From an uncultured delta proteobacterium (GTDB lineage: Bacteria; Myxococcota; Kuafuiibacteriia; Kuafuiibacteriales; Kuafuiibacteriaceae), in NCBI GenBank assembly GCA_963803435.1, contig CAWDML010000003.1, positions 1,028,664 through 1,092,663 of the forward strand: a DNA stretch of 64,000 nucleotides, read 5' to 3'. The position numbers and the translations under genes are program-made. Positions within the stretch are counted from its first letter, which is position 1. Each line of letters begins with the position of its first letter. The notes beneath the pieces are model-generated. The model saw nothing but the letters and a program-made list of their open reading frames with translations. It ran no database searches and had not been told where the DNA came from. Shown here piece after piece: positions 28,941-38,699 of this stretch.

Positions 28941-29884
28941 AGGAGGTCCTCCGGGATCTGGCCGGCTCCGCGCTCGGGCTGGTCGGGATCACCTCGCCGA
29001 GCCGCCTCGGTCGGGACCGCCTCACGGTGGCGACCTTCCACCGCGTGCTCCCGGAGGTCGAACGCAACCGCTATCCCTATCCGATGCTGGCGGTGACGCC
29101 CGAGGAGCTCGGCGGGCTCCTCGACTTCTTCTCGGCCCACTTCCTCTGCACCACGCTGGCCGGTGCCTTCCGCCTCTTCTCGCTCGACGTTCGGCCCGAA
29201 CGCCCCCTCCTGGCGCTCACGTTCGACGACGGCCAGCTCGACAACTTCGTGCACGCGCGGCCCGCCCTCGAGTCGCGCAACCTGCGAGCGACCTTCTACG
29301 TCCCGTTCGAGGCGATCGAGCGGCGGGAGCCGCTCTGGCACGACCGCCTGGGCTTCGCGCTGATGGCCGCAGGCGAGGGCGATCGCGTGGCGGAGCGCGT
29401 CGAGGAGGCGAAGACGTGGAGCCCGGAGGTGCGAGCACAGGCGGTCGCGCGCCTATCGACGGCCGCGATCCCGGACTGGGCCTCTCTCATGACGTGGGAT
29501 CAGGTGCGGACCCTCGCCGCCGCGGGGCACGAGATCGGATCGCACTCGCTGTCGCACGCACTGCTCCCGCAGCTCGACGACGCCGCGATCGAGCGCGAGG
29601 TCGCCGGCTCGAAGGCGGCGATCGAGGCGAAGATCGATCGCCCGCTCGCGTCGTTCTGCTATCCGAACGGCGACACCGACGATCGCGCCGCCCGCGCCGT
29701 CGCGCACGCGGGATATGCCTGTGCGGTCACCACCCAATGGGGCGTGAACAATCGAGGGAGCGATCCGTTTCGCCTCAGGCGGTTCGACATGAACCCCCGG
29801 TATTCGATCTCCCGCAGCGGACGCCTCTCGCCGTCGCGCGTCGCCTGGCGCATGAGCGGGCTCCATCCGGGTCTCCGGTTCTGA
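28937..29884 (+). CDS. polysaccharide deacetylase (NodB-homology) family protein
   Basis: GTG at 28937 overlaps the preceding stop (GTGA). Motifs LTFDDGQLDNF, GHEIGSHSLSH, FCYPNGD. Confidence 0.8.
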   Translation: MKEVLRDLAGSALGLVGITSPSRLGRDRLTVATFHRVLPEVERNRYPYPMLAVTPEELGGLLDFFSAHFLCTTLAGAFRLFSLDVRPERPLLALTFDDGQLDNFVHARPALESRNLRATFYVPFEAIERREPLWHDRLGFALMAAGEGDRVAERVEEAKTWSPEVRAQAVARLSTAAIPDWASLMTWDQVRTLAAAGHEIGSHSLSHALLPQLDDAAIEREVAGSKAAIEAKIDRPLASFCYPNGDTDDRAARAVAHAGYACAVTTQWGVNNRGSDPFRLRRFDMNPRYSISRSGRLSPSRVAWRMSGLHPGLRF

Positions 29885-29929
29885 GCGTGCAGCCTGGCGC
29901 CCGGAATCGATCTATGCGATCACACCCGC

Positions 29930-30499
29930 ATGCGCGCGATCTCGATGGCGATCGCCTTGCTCGCCGGCTGCGGTAGCAGTCTGCCCTATGTCTGGGTGGA
30001 CATGCTCCCGGCCGACAACTCCGACCCGGTGATCCAGACCGGTGACGAGCTCACCGTGCTCGTGAAGGACCAGAAGGATCTCTCCGGCGCCTTCCCGGTG
30101 CTCCCGGACGGAACCTACGTGCAGCCCATCCTCGGGCCGGTGAAGGTGGCGGGCGTGACGCCCGTGGAGGCGTCCAAGCGGCTGGCCAACCTGCTCGAGG
30201 GCATCGTGGTCAAGCCGCTGGTGGCGATCACGATCACCACGCCTCGGCCGATCAACGTCGCGATCATCGGCGAGGTCCGCACGCCCGGTAAGTACCCGGT
30301 GCGGCGGGGCGAGGGTGTGCTCGAGGTCCTGGCCGCCGCGGGTGGGATCAACGAGTTCGCCTCGGACGACGGCATCTACGTGCTCCGAAAGTATCCGAGC
30401 CGCCAGCGGGTCCGCTTTCGGTACAGCCGGCTGGTGGGCGGCGATCTCCGGAGCGTGCAGTTCGAGCTTCAAGACGGGGACATCATCGTGGTGGAATGA
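29930..30499 (+). CDS. short outer-membrane polysaccharide export (OPX/Wza-like) lipoprotein lacking a membrane-spanning C-terminal domain
   Basis: 189 aa. MRAISMAIALLAGC lipobox. Poly_export motif (GDELTVLV...PVLPDGTYVQPILGPVKVAGVT) followed by one SLBB-like unit (VAIIGEVRTPGKYPV). Confidence 0.8.
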   Translation: MRAISMAIALLAGCGSSLPYVWVDMLPADNSDPVIQTGDELTVLVKDQKDLSGAFPVLPDGTYVQPILGPVKVAGVTPVEASKRLANLLEGIVVKPLVAITITTPRPINVAIIGEVRTPGKYPVRRGEGVLEVLAAAGGINEFASDDGIYVLRKYPSRQRVRFRYSRLVGGDLRSVQFELQDGDIIVVE

Positions 30500-30514
30500 T
30501 CGGGCGGAGCTCGG

Positions 30515-31831
30515 TTGTACCTCGCCGTCCCCATCCTCATCGGTCTGACCGCTTCGCAGTTCGAGGCCACGGCCAACATCGGCCTGCAGGCCGAGAACCG
30601 GACGGGTGAACGACCGCTGGCGGTGTCGGGTGAGCAGGCGCTGGTCAGCGAGTTCGAGGTGGTGCCGAGCGGAGCGCTGGCGTTTCGTTTCAAGCGAACG
30701 ACGCTCAGCGTCTCGTACACGCCGCGGCTCTACACGCGGCTCGATCTCCGCGGGGGCAACACCAGCGAGTCGACGCGTCCGCTGTTCCTGCACGGCTTCT
30801 CGGCCGCGTTCACCCAGGCCTTCACGCACCGCTTCCGCATGAGTCTTTCGGGGTTCGGCTCGGTCGGGGAGGTCGACTACGGCAACGTCAATCTGGTCTC
30901 GGGCACGCCGCAACAGGTCCCACGCCAGGGCGCCCAGGGCACCACCCGGGGTACCTCGGCGGCGGGCAGCCTGCCGGCGAACCAGACCACGTTTGCCACC
31001 CAGAACTACGGCGGCAACCTGAGCTTCGTCTGGGACGTCGCGCGAAACCACACGATCACGCTGGGCGGCGGCGGCAACTACAACTCCTCTCTGGGCGTGA
31101 ACGACACCTTCCCGGTGAACTACGGCGGCAGCGCCGACCTCGGGTGGTCCTGGCGCTTCACTCCGAACTACGCCTTCAACCTGGGCGCGGCCTACGGCGA
31201 GACCCGCGTCGATCCGACCGGACCGGGGATCGGCCGCTTCCGCTCGGTCTCGATGAGCGCCGGCTTCGACGCCCGCTTCTCCCGCGTCTTCAACGCCAGC
31301 TTCGGCGGGGGCGCGCTGATCGCCGACAACCATCCGGCGCCCGACGCTGTGGCGATGACGCAGATCCAGCCGGGCATCTCCGCGATCCCCACCGGCAACG
31401 TGGCCTTTACGTTCATCCCCACCTCGGGGCGCGGCAACTTTCACCTGACCACCACGTTCGGGGTCGGGCTCGAGGGCTTCGTCGATCCGCTGCAGGCGCA
31501 AGGCTTCACGCCGCGCGTGGCGCTGGCCTGGAACCTCAACCTGATCTTCTACCAGGACTGGAGCTTCACCCCCAACGCGTCGCTGTTCACGCCGGCCTCG
31601 CTGCATCCCCCGACCTGTCCGCAGGGCACCGATTGCAGCAATAGCCTCAACGAGACCCTGATCTCCGTCTCGGTGCCGCTCGCCTATCGCATCAACGACG
31701 GCCTCAGTATCGCGCTCGGCGCGCGCATCTCGCTGCGCGGGACGCACCTCGGCGCCGACCAGGTCCAGTTCCCCGATCGATTCATCCTCGGCTTTCTCTC
31801 GTTCACGGCTGGCGAAGCGATAAGGCTTTGA
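30515..31831 (+). CDS. predicted outer-membrane beta-barrel protein (Wzp-like porin candidate)
   Basis: 438 aa from a TTG start 15 nt after the OPX stop, in the same frame. Alternating hydrophobic/aromatic beta-strand pattern rich in G/S/N/T/F/Y. No family motif recognised. The assignment rests on context. Confidence 0.45.
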   Translation: MYLAVPILIGLTASQFEATANIGLQAENRTGERPLAVSGEQALVSEFEVVPSGALAFRFKRTTLSVSYTPRLYTRLDLRGGNTSESTRPLFLHGFSAAFTQAFTHRFRMSLSGFGSVGEVDYGNVNLVSGTPQQVPRQGAQGTTRGTSAAGSLPANQTTFATQNYGGNLSFVWDVARNHTITLGGGGNYNSSLGVNDTFPVNYGGSADLGWSWRFTPNYAFNLGAAYGETRVDPTGPGIGRFRSVSMSAGFDARFSRVFNASFGGGALIADNHPAPDAVAMTQIQPGISAIPTGNVAFTFIPTSGRGNFHLTTTFGVGLEGFVDPLQAQGFTPRVALAWNLNLIFYQDWSFTPNASLFTPASLHPPTCPQGTDCSNSLNETLISVSVPLAYRINDGLSIALGARISLRGTHLGADQVQFPDRFILGFLSFTAGEAIRL

Positions 31832-33791
31832 CGTCGGCGGCGGCGGCCGCGCCGGCGTGGGACGGCTTCTTCGTCAGCAGCCCGGCCCGGTGCATCCGCT
31901 TGAGCTGGCGGAGGGCGGTGACGAGCATCGCGACCACGAAGCCGACGCCGCCCATCGAGATGGCGCGGTTCATGATCTTCTTCCGCGCCGACACGAACTC
32001 GAGGTTCGGGGGCGTGATGATGTCGTAACGGGACTTGATCGAGGCTCGCTCCAGATCGAGCTGCATCTTGGTGGTCTGCAGTGTCTCGAAGATCTGCGTG
32101 TGGAGCTTCTTGGTGGCGTCGTAGGTGCGGTTGAGCTCTGCATACTCCGCCTCGAGGTCGGGGAGGCGCTCGACGATCTGCTGCACGCGCTTCAGGTCCT
32201 TCTGCACGCGGGCGGCTTCCTGTCCGGCGATGCGCGCGGAGACCTGACGCTCGATCAGGGTCTTCTTCATCGTGTCGTGCAGCGGATTGCGGCGCTGCTC
32301 GATCAACGGCTCCTCCTTGGCCCGCTCGGAGAGCTCGCGGAGCTTCTGCGCCTGCTCCTCGAGCGCGATCACCTGGGGATGCTCGGGACCCTTGCCCTCC
32401 GCCTTGAGCGTCGCCAGCTGCCGGTTCGTCTCCACCAGCGCGTTCTGGTACGGCTGGGTCATCGTGATCTTGTCCTCGACCAGCGGCTTCTCCTCGGAGA
32501 GACGCTGCCGATCGAGCTCCACCTCGGCGTAGAGCCGGGCCGCCTGCATCGAGGCCTCGCTCTGCTGCGTGCGGAGCTGGAACAGATAGTCGTAGTACTG
32601 GCGGGCCTGGTCGGGCAGGCCGTCGATGTTCTCCTTCTTGAACTCGAGGAGCGCGGTCTCGGTGCGGCGGAGCTCCTTCTCGGAGTCTTCCAGCCGCTTG
32701 CTCAGGAACTCGGCCTCGAGGCGGATCTTCTTCAACGTCTTGTCGATCTCGGTCTCGAGATAGATCTCGAAGTGTTCCTTGAGGAACCGGACCGACCACT
32801 CGGGGTTCCGGTCGATGAACACGCCCTGATACGTGATGGGCCCGTTCGGCTTGGGCACACCGACCACGTTGAACTCGAGGTTCTTCTGGATCTCCGCCAG
32901 CCGCTCGGCCGAGAGGTCGGTCTCGCCGAGGGCGCGCAGCGTCCGCTCGATCAGCGGCAGCGCCCGGAAGTTCTGCTCCGCGGAGGTGAAGAAGCCGACG
33001 TTCTGCCGGTTGTACGCCACCACCGGATTCTGGGCGGTCTCCGGCCGGAGGCTCACCTCGAAGACGGCCTTTCGCGGCGGCGGCTTGATGAAGTAACTGC
33101 CCGCGCCAGCCACCATGAACACGCAGGTCATGGCCACGATCGACCGCCAGTAGGGGAGGAAGAACTGGAGGATCTTCTGGGCCTGCGAGAAGAGCTCCTT
33201 GAGGTTCAGCTCCTCGTCCTCTTCGGGCGCCGAAAGACGTGCGTGGTACTCGGGCGGGAGCCCCGGCGGCGGCACGTGCGGATAGCCGACGTAGGGCGGT
33301 GCATAGGAGACGGGCACGTCGGGGCCCGCGCTCAGCATCTTCCGGGCTGGGGCGTGCGGCTCCGCCGCAGCGTGTCCGTTCGGCGTCTCGGTTCCGCGCG
33401 CGCGATGGAGGGCCTGCTGGGCGTTTTGGCGGATCCCGCGCGGAACGGATTCGCTGCCCGGCGCCGTTCGTCCGACCTCGATCGTGCTCCTGTCCGTGAC
33501 GTACTCGAAGATGGTCTCGCCGCACTGGATGAGGTCACCGTCGTTGAGGAAGACCTCGGTGATCGGCTGGTTGTTCACGTAGGTCCCGTTTGTGGAACCC
33601 AGGTCACGGAGGAGATGGCGACCGTGCGAGATGATGATCTGACAGTGCTGCGACGACACGCGATCGTCGTCCAGCTCGAGCTGGGCGCCGCCGCCGGCCC
33701 GACCCACGCACTGCTCGGTGTGATCGAGCGTGTACAACCGGCCCATGTTGTTGCCGGTGCATACCCAAAGGTGTGCTTGCTGCCGGTTCAT
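31803..33791 (-). CDS. FHA domain fused to a Wzz/GumC-type polysaccharide co-polymerase (PCP), no kinase domain
   Basis: 662 aa. N-terminal FHA (GRAGGGAQLELDDDRVSSQHCQII...LRDLGSTNGTYVNNQPI). TM1 IVAMTCVFMVAGAGSYF. A long coiled-coil periplasmic region. TM2 GGVGFVVAMLVTAL. Short C-terminal tail without Walker motifs. Confidence 0.8.
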   Translation of the reverse strand: MNRQQAHLWVCTGNNMGRLYTLDHTEQCVGRAGGGAQLELDDDRVSSQHCQIIISHGRHLLRDLGSTNGTYVNNQPITEVFLNDGDLIQCGETIFEYVTDRSTIEVGRTAPGSESVPRGIRQNAQQALHRARGTETPNGHAAAEPHAPARKMLSAGPDVPVSYAPPYVGYPHVPPPGLPPEYHARLSAPEEDEELNLKELFSQAQKILQFFLPYWRSIVAMTCVFMVAGAGSYFIKPPPRKAVFEVSLRPETAQNPVVAYNRQNVGFFTSAEQNFRALPLIERTLRALGETDLSAERLAEIQKNLEFNVVGVPKPNGPITYQGVFIDRNPEWSVRFLKEHFEIYLETEIDKTLKKIRLEAEFLSKRLEDSEKELRRTETALLEFKKENIDGLPDQARQYYDYLFQLRTQQSEASMQAARLYAEVELDRQRLSEEKPLVEDKITMTQPYQNALVETNRQLATLKAEGKGPEHPQVIALEEQAQKLRELSERAKEEPLIEQRRNPLHDTMKKTLIERQVSARIAGQEAARVQKDLKRVQQIVERLPDLEAEYAELNRTYDATKKLHTQIFETLQTTKMQLDLERASIKSRYDIITPPNLEFVSARKKIMNRAISMGGVGFVVAMLVTALRQLKRMHRAGLLTKKPSHAGAAAAADVKALSLRQP

Positions 33792-34172
33792 CGGCGCTCT
33801 CGTTCAAAGGTGATGAGAACCAGGGTCTTCGTGACACGCCGCCTGGGAGTGAAGATTAACAGGCACGCGGACTTGAGACCACGCGACGGACGGCCCATCC
33901 CACCCACCTCTGGCCCAGAACCCATCGCCGCCGACAGTCCATTCCGGTGGTCGCCCCTTGTCACGGTCAAACCCCACCGAGGAAGGTCACTCGGGGTTCG
34001 GCCGTACCTGTCGGAGAGCCGTACTGTATCCAAGATGTCCTCCGACACCGAGAACGCCGTCACACGATGTTGCGTGCCTGCACTCCTCCTTGAGCAATCT
34101 GAGGGCGCGGGGAGCACGGCCCTCCGCGACGCAGGGGCTCGGTCCGGACTCCAGCGCGGGGTGTAGTCGGCG

Positions 34173-35621
34173 ATGCATAGGCGTCAGGCAGACCTTTTCG
34201 CGAAGGGGCTCATCGTCTTCGACGTGGCGATCAGCGTCGCCGCCTACCTGACCACGTTCTTCCTCCGCCAGCAGCTGGCGCTGGCGGCCAAGATGTCGCC
34301 CGGCTTCCCGTCTTGGCTCCAGGTGCCGCTCGTCACCGAGGCGACCTCCTATCACCTCGTGCTCCTGGCGCTCCCGCCGGTCTGGGGCGTCGCCCTCTAC
34401 CTGTCGGGCTGTACCCAGTTCCGCGGGCGCTACGCCCACATGTTCATGCGGCATGTGCGGGCGGTCGCGGTCGGCCTCGCCATCATGGTGGCCGGGCTCT
34501 TCCTCTTCAAGCTGCAGACGGTCGCCCGCTCCTTCGTGGTGGCCTTCGGGGTCGTGAACGTCGTGTTCCTCTCGCTGGGTCGGCTCGCGATCATGGAGAC
34601 CGCCGCCTTCATCCGCCGCAAGCAGGTCGACGGCCACCGGGTGTTGATCGTCGGGTGCGGGGAGATGGGTTACAACTTCGCGCGCTCCCTCCTCACGGAT
34701 CGCACCTTCAACGTGCGGCTGCTGGGCCACGTGTGCGTCCCGAATGACGTCGACGATCCGCGCATCGAGGCCCCCATACTGGGGAAGATGGCCCAGCTCG
34801 ACGAGGTGCTCGACAACGACGCCGTCGACGAGGTCGTGTTCGCGATCGGGGACGTCGATCAGGAGCTCCTCGCCAACGCGCTCCACTTCTGCGACGAGCG
34901 CGGCGTCGACGTGCTCCTGCCGCTGCCGCCGGCGCTGCCTGCCCGTGCCCGGGTCGAGATCGCGAACGTCGAAGGCTTCGACGTCCCACTGCTCGGGCTC
35001 CGCCGCACGCCGAGCGGAGAGGCCCGCCTCTTCTTCAAGCGGCTGCTCGACCTGGCCACGGTCTCCATCCTGATCCTGCTCAGCTCGCCCGTGATGTTCC
35101 TGGTCGCCCTCGCGATCCGTCTCGAGTCGAAGGGGCCGATCCTGTTCCGCCAGACGCGCTGTGGTCGCAACGGACGGACCTTTACGATGCTGAAGTTCCG
35201 CTCGATGGTGGCCGACGCCGAGGCGCAGAAGATGAAGCTCCTGCACCTGAACGAGATGAGCGGGCCCGTCTTCAAGATCCGGCGCGATCCGCGGATCACC
35301 CGCGTGGGGGCGTTCATCCGCAAGACCAGCCTCGACGAGCTCCCGCAGTTCTTCAACATCTTCCTCGGCGACATGAGCCTGGTGGGCCCGCGCCCGCCGA
35401 TCCCCTCCGAGGTCGAGCAGTACAAGCCGTGGCAACGGCGCCGCCTCTCCGTGAAGCCGGGTCTCACCGGCTTGTGGCAGGTCTCGGGCAGGAACAACAT
35501 CGACTTCGAGGAGTGGATGAAGCTGGACCTTCGCTACATCGACGAGTGGTCGCTCTGGCTGGACCTCAAGATCCTGCTGCGCACGTTGCCGGCCGTCTTT
35601 TCCAAGTCCGGCGCCAGCTGA
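34173..35621 (+). CDS. polyprenyl-phosphate sugar-phosphate transferase (WbaP/EpsZ-type priming enzyme)
   Basis: 482 aa. N-terminal TM bundle, Rossmann-like middle region, and C-terminal Bac_transf core KRLLDL...PILFRQTRCGRNGRTFTMLKFRSM...PRITRVG..IRKTSLDELPQFFN...GDMSLVGPRP. Confidence 0.9.
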   Translation: MHRRQADLFAKGLIVFDVAISVAAYLTTFFLRQQLALAAKMSPGFPSWLQVPLVTEATSYHLVLLALPPVWGVALYLSGCTQFRGRYAHMFMRHVRAVAVGLAIMVAGLFLFKLQTVARSFVVAFGVVNVVFLSLGRLAIMETAAFIRRKQVDGHRVLIVGCGEMGYNFARSLLTDRTFNVRLLGHVCVPNDVDDPRIEAPILGKMAQLDEVLDNDAVDEVVFAIGDVDQELLANALHFCDERGVDVLLPLPPALPARARVEIANVEGFDVPLLGLRRTPSGEARLFFKRLLDLATVSILILLSSPVMFLVALAIRLESKGPILFRQTRCGRNGRTFTMLKFRSMVADAEAQKMKLLHLNEMSGPVFKIRRDPRITRVGAFIRKTSLDELPQFFNIFLGDMSLVGPRPPIPSEVEQYKPWQRRRLSVKPGLTGLWQVSGRNNIDFEEWMKLDLRYIDEWSLWLDLKILLRTLPAVFSKSGAS

Positions 35622-35624
35622 CCG

Positions 35625-36636
35625 ATGCGCCCGGGCAACGTCCCCCAGATCCACGGGCTCGGCGCCGTCGCGATCGGGCGAAACGAAGGCGAACGCTTGC
35701 GCCGCTGTCTCGTCTCGTTGATCGAGCGCGTGGAGCACACGGTGTACGTCGACTCGGGATCGACCGACGGGAGCGTCGAGCTGGCACGGTCGCTGGGGGT
35801 CGCGGTGGTCGCCCTGGATCTCTCGGTGCCGTTCACCGCGGCGCGCGCCCGGAACGAGGGGTGGACCGCGCTCCGCCGCGTGCATCCGGACCTCGAATAC
35901 GTTCAGTTCGTCGACGGCGACTGCGAGGTGGTGGAGGGCTGGCTCGAAACCGCGCACGCGACCCTGGCCGGCCGTCCCCAGCTGGGCGTGGTGTGCGGGC
36001 GCCGCCGGGAGCGCTTCCCGGAGGCGTCGATCTACAACCGGCTGGCGGACATCGAGTGGGACACGCCCGTCGGAGAGGCCGACGCCTGCGGCGGTGATGC
36101 GATGATGCGGCTGGCCGCGCTGGTGGAGGTGGGCGGATTCGATCCCACCGTGATCGCCGGCGAGGAGCCGGAGCTCTGCGTGCGGCTCCGCCGGGCCGGT
36201 TGGCGGATCGAGCGGCTCGGCACCGAGATGACGCTGCACGACGCCGCGATGAGCCACTTCTCCCAGTGGTGGCGGCGCGCGCTGCGGGCCGGCCACTCCT
36301 TCGCCGAGGGCGCGCATCGTCACGGTGGTGCGCCCGAGCGTCACTGGGTGAGGGAGTCGCGGCGGATTCTGGCTTTACGGGGCGGTGCTCCCGGTGCTCG
36401 CGATCGGCGGTGCGCTCCCGACCTTCGGGCTCAGCCTGGGGCTCTTCGCAGGCTACCCGGTCAGCGCCTATCGGGCGTATCGAGCGGCCCGCCGGCGCGG
36501 CCGCTCCGAGGAGGAGGCCATCCTGTACGGGATCGCGTGCACCGTGGGAAAGTTTCCCGAGGCGTTCGGCGCCGCGCGCTTTCATTGGGGACGGACGGTG
36601 GGACGAAGATCCGGCTTGATCGAGTACAAGAGGTGA
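35625..36636 (+). pseudogene. family-2 glycosyltransferase with one +1 frameshift
   Basis: Frame of 35625: AVAIGRNEGERL...YVDSGSTDGS...FVDGDCEV...ERHWVRESRRIL. Frame of 36385 continues LYGAVLPVLAIGGALP...ACTVGKFPEAFG...SGLIEYKR. Extra base at about 36372. Confidence 0.7.
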
Positions 36637-36637
36637 G

Positions 36638-37390
36638 GTGGGACCCACCGTGCTCCTGAACGCGGTCCGCATCACCAACGTCTCCATGAACGAGGCGCTG
36701 GCGATGATCGAGGCGGCGGTGCGGACGGGCGAGCGGCGCTGCGGCTTCTTCGTCAACGCCGATTGCATGAACATCAGCGCCCGCGATCCCGATTACCACC
36801 GGATCCTCGGCCGCGAGGACGCCTGGGTCTTCGGTGACGGCGCGGGGATCCGGCTGGCCGGCGCCATCAGCCGCCAGCCGTTGCGCGACAACGTCAACGG
36901 CACCGACATGTTCCCGCTGCTCTGCAACCGATGCGCCTCGAACGGGCAGCGGCTCTTTCTCCTGGGCGCCCGCCCGCAGGTGGCGGACGATGTCGCGCGA
37001 CGCATGTCCGCTCTCCACCCCGGCCTCCAGATCGCCGGCACACATCACGGTTATTTCGCGCACGAGGACTGTGAGGGCGTGCTCGACGCGATCAACACCT
37101 CCGGCGCCGACATCGTGCTGGTGGCCTTCGGAGCTCCCCTCCAGGAGCGGTTCATCGCCCGACATCGCGAGCGACTGCGCGCGCCGGTGGTGATGGGCGT
37201 CGGCGGGCTCTTCGACTTCTACTCGGGCCGGATCCCGCGAGCGCCACGGCTGGTCCGCGACGTCTCTCTCGAGTGGGCCTGGCGCCTGGCGATGGAGCCG
37301 CGGCGGATGTGGCGCCGCTACCTGGTGGGCAACTTCACGTTCATCGGGCGCGTCCTGTGGTGGGAGCTGGGACGGAGGAACGTCCGGTGA
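36638..37390 (+). CDS. WecB/TagA/CpsF-family (GT26) glycosyltransferase
   Basis: 250 aa. Motifs FFVNADCMN, DGAGIRLA, NVNGTDMF, RLFLLGARP, ADIVLVAFGAPLQE, MGVGGLFDFYSG...PRAP...LEWAWRL..EPRR. Confidence 0.85.
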   Translation: MGPTVLLNAVRITNVSMNEALAMIEAAVRTGERRCGFFVNADCMNISARDPDYHRILGREDAWVFGDGAGIRLAGAISRQPLRDNVNGTDMFPLLCNRCASNGQRLFLLGARPQVADDVARRMSALHPGLQIAGTHHGYFAHEDCEGVLDAINTSGADIVLVAFGAPLQERFIARHRERLRAPVVMGVGGLFDFYSGRIPRAPRLVRDVSLEWAWRLAMEPRRMWRRYLVGNFTFIGRVLWWELGRRNVR

Positions 37391-37392
37391 GC

Positions 37393-38598
37393 ATGCTGCT
37401 CTACCCGATCGAGCTCGGCCTCCTGGTCTTGACCGGGCTCCTCGCCATCCCCAGCCTCGTCTTCTTCTTCGAGTGCACCGCCTCGCTGCTACCGGAGCCG
37501 CGGACGAAGGAGGAGGGCGAGGCGAGCGAGCCGAGCACGGTCATCGTGGTCCCGGCGCACGACGAGGCTGCCGGGATCGCGGCGACGCTCGAGTCGCTCG
37601 ACAAGGCGCGCGGGGAGAAGCAGCGCATCCTGGTGGTGGCGGACAACTGCACCGACGATACGGCTGGCATCGCCCGCGCGAGCGGCGCCGAATCGATCGA
37701 GCGGACCGACCAGGAGCACCGCGGCAAAGGCCACGCGATCGTGTTCGCGCTCGATCACCTCGCTGCCGATCCGCCCGAGGTCGTGATCATCGTCGACGCC
37801 GACTGCCGGGCCGGCGAGGGAGCGATGCGGACGCTGGCGCGGCGCGCCCACGAGACGGATCGCCCGGTGCAGGCCGACTACGTGATGGGCCCGCCGGCGA
37901 AGCACACCCCGATGAGCGTGGTCTCGGGCCTCGCCGTGCTGGTGAAGAACAAGGTCCGGCCGGCCGGACTCCGCAAGCTCGGGCTGCCCTGCCACCTCAC
38001 CGGCAGCGGGATGGCGTTCCCGTGGGACGTGATCCGGAAGGCGCCGCCGACCGAGTCGTATCTGGTCGAGGACATGCTGATCGGCATCGAGCTGGCGCAC
38101 CTCGGCCATCCGCCCCTCTCCTGCGCCGAAGCCGAGGTCACCAGCGAGCTCCCCGAGCGCGACGAGGCCGCGCAGGGCCAGCGCCGCCGCTGGGAGCATG
38201 GCCACCTCTCGACGCTGTTCGACCGCGGCCCGCGCCTCGTGCTGCAGGGCGTCCTCCGCGGCGACCTCGATCTGCTGGCGATGGGGTTCGACCTGCTGGT
38301 CCCTCCGATGGCCCTCCAGGTGATGCTGTTGATCGCCGCCGTCGGGCTGTCGTTCGGGGGCTGGGCGATCGGCTTGTCGTACCTGCCGCTCACGACCGCG
38401 GCCTTCTCGCTGTCGCTGGTCGCGGTTGCCGTGATGGTCGCGTGGCTCGCCTACGGGCGAAAGACGCTCCCGTTTCGCTATCTGGCCTTCGTCCCGTTGT
38501 ATCTGGTGTGGAAGATACCGCTGTATCTCGCGTTCTTCTTTCGGAGAAAGCAGCGCACCTGGGAACGCACCGAGCGCAAGGCTGAGCCTAAAGGCTAA
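37393..38598 (+). CDS. membrane-integrated family-2 glycosyltransferase with Q-x-x-R-W motif (processive/synthase-like)
   Basis: ATG at 37393 (alternative GTG at 37387 overlapping the upstream stop). N-terminal TM, VIVVPAHDEA...VVADNCTDDT...IIVDADC, then QGQRRRWEHG and C-terminal TM helices. Confidence 0.8.
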   Translation: MLLYPIELGLLVLTGLLAIPSLVFFFECTASLLPEPRTKEEGEASEPSTVIVVPAHDEAAGIAATLESLDKARGEKQRILVVADNCTDDTAGIARASGAESIERTDQEHRGKGHAIVFALDHLAADPPEVVIIVDADCRAGEGAMRTLARRAHETDRPVQADYVMGPPAKHTPMSVVSGLAVLVKNKVRPAGLRKLGLPCHLTGSGMAFPWDVIRKAPPTESYLVEDMLIGIELAHLGHPPLSCAEAEVTSELPERDEAAQGQRRRWEHGHLSTLFDRGPRLVLQGVLRGDLDLLAMGFDLLVPPMALQVMLLIAAVGLSFGGWAIGLSYLPLTTAAFSLSLVAVAVMVAWLAYGRKTLPFRYLAFVPLYLVWKIPLYLAFFFRRKQRTWERTERKAEPKG

Positions 38599-38699
38599 CC
38601 AGACTCCACGTCCCGGGGACAGGACAGCACGAAGGAAGAAAATGGGCCCGGGCTCTGCTGGGCTCCAACCGTCGACAGTCCACGGTTGACAGTCGACAG

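Noticed and set aside
29912-36344. Long antisense ORFs across the EPS locus (29912-31747 minus, 31857-34166 plus, 33987-36344 minus)
   Set aside because: They are shadow ORFs with no motifs, each opposite a gene with clear family signatures (OPX, PCP, WbaP, GT2).
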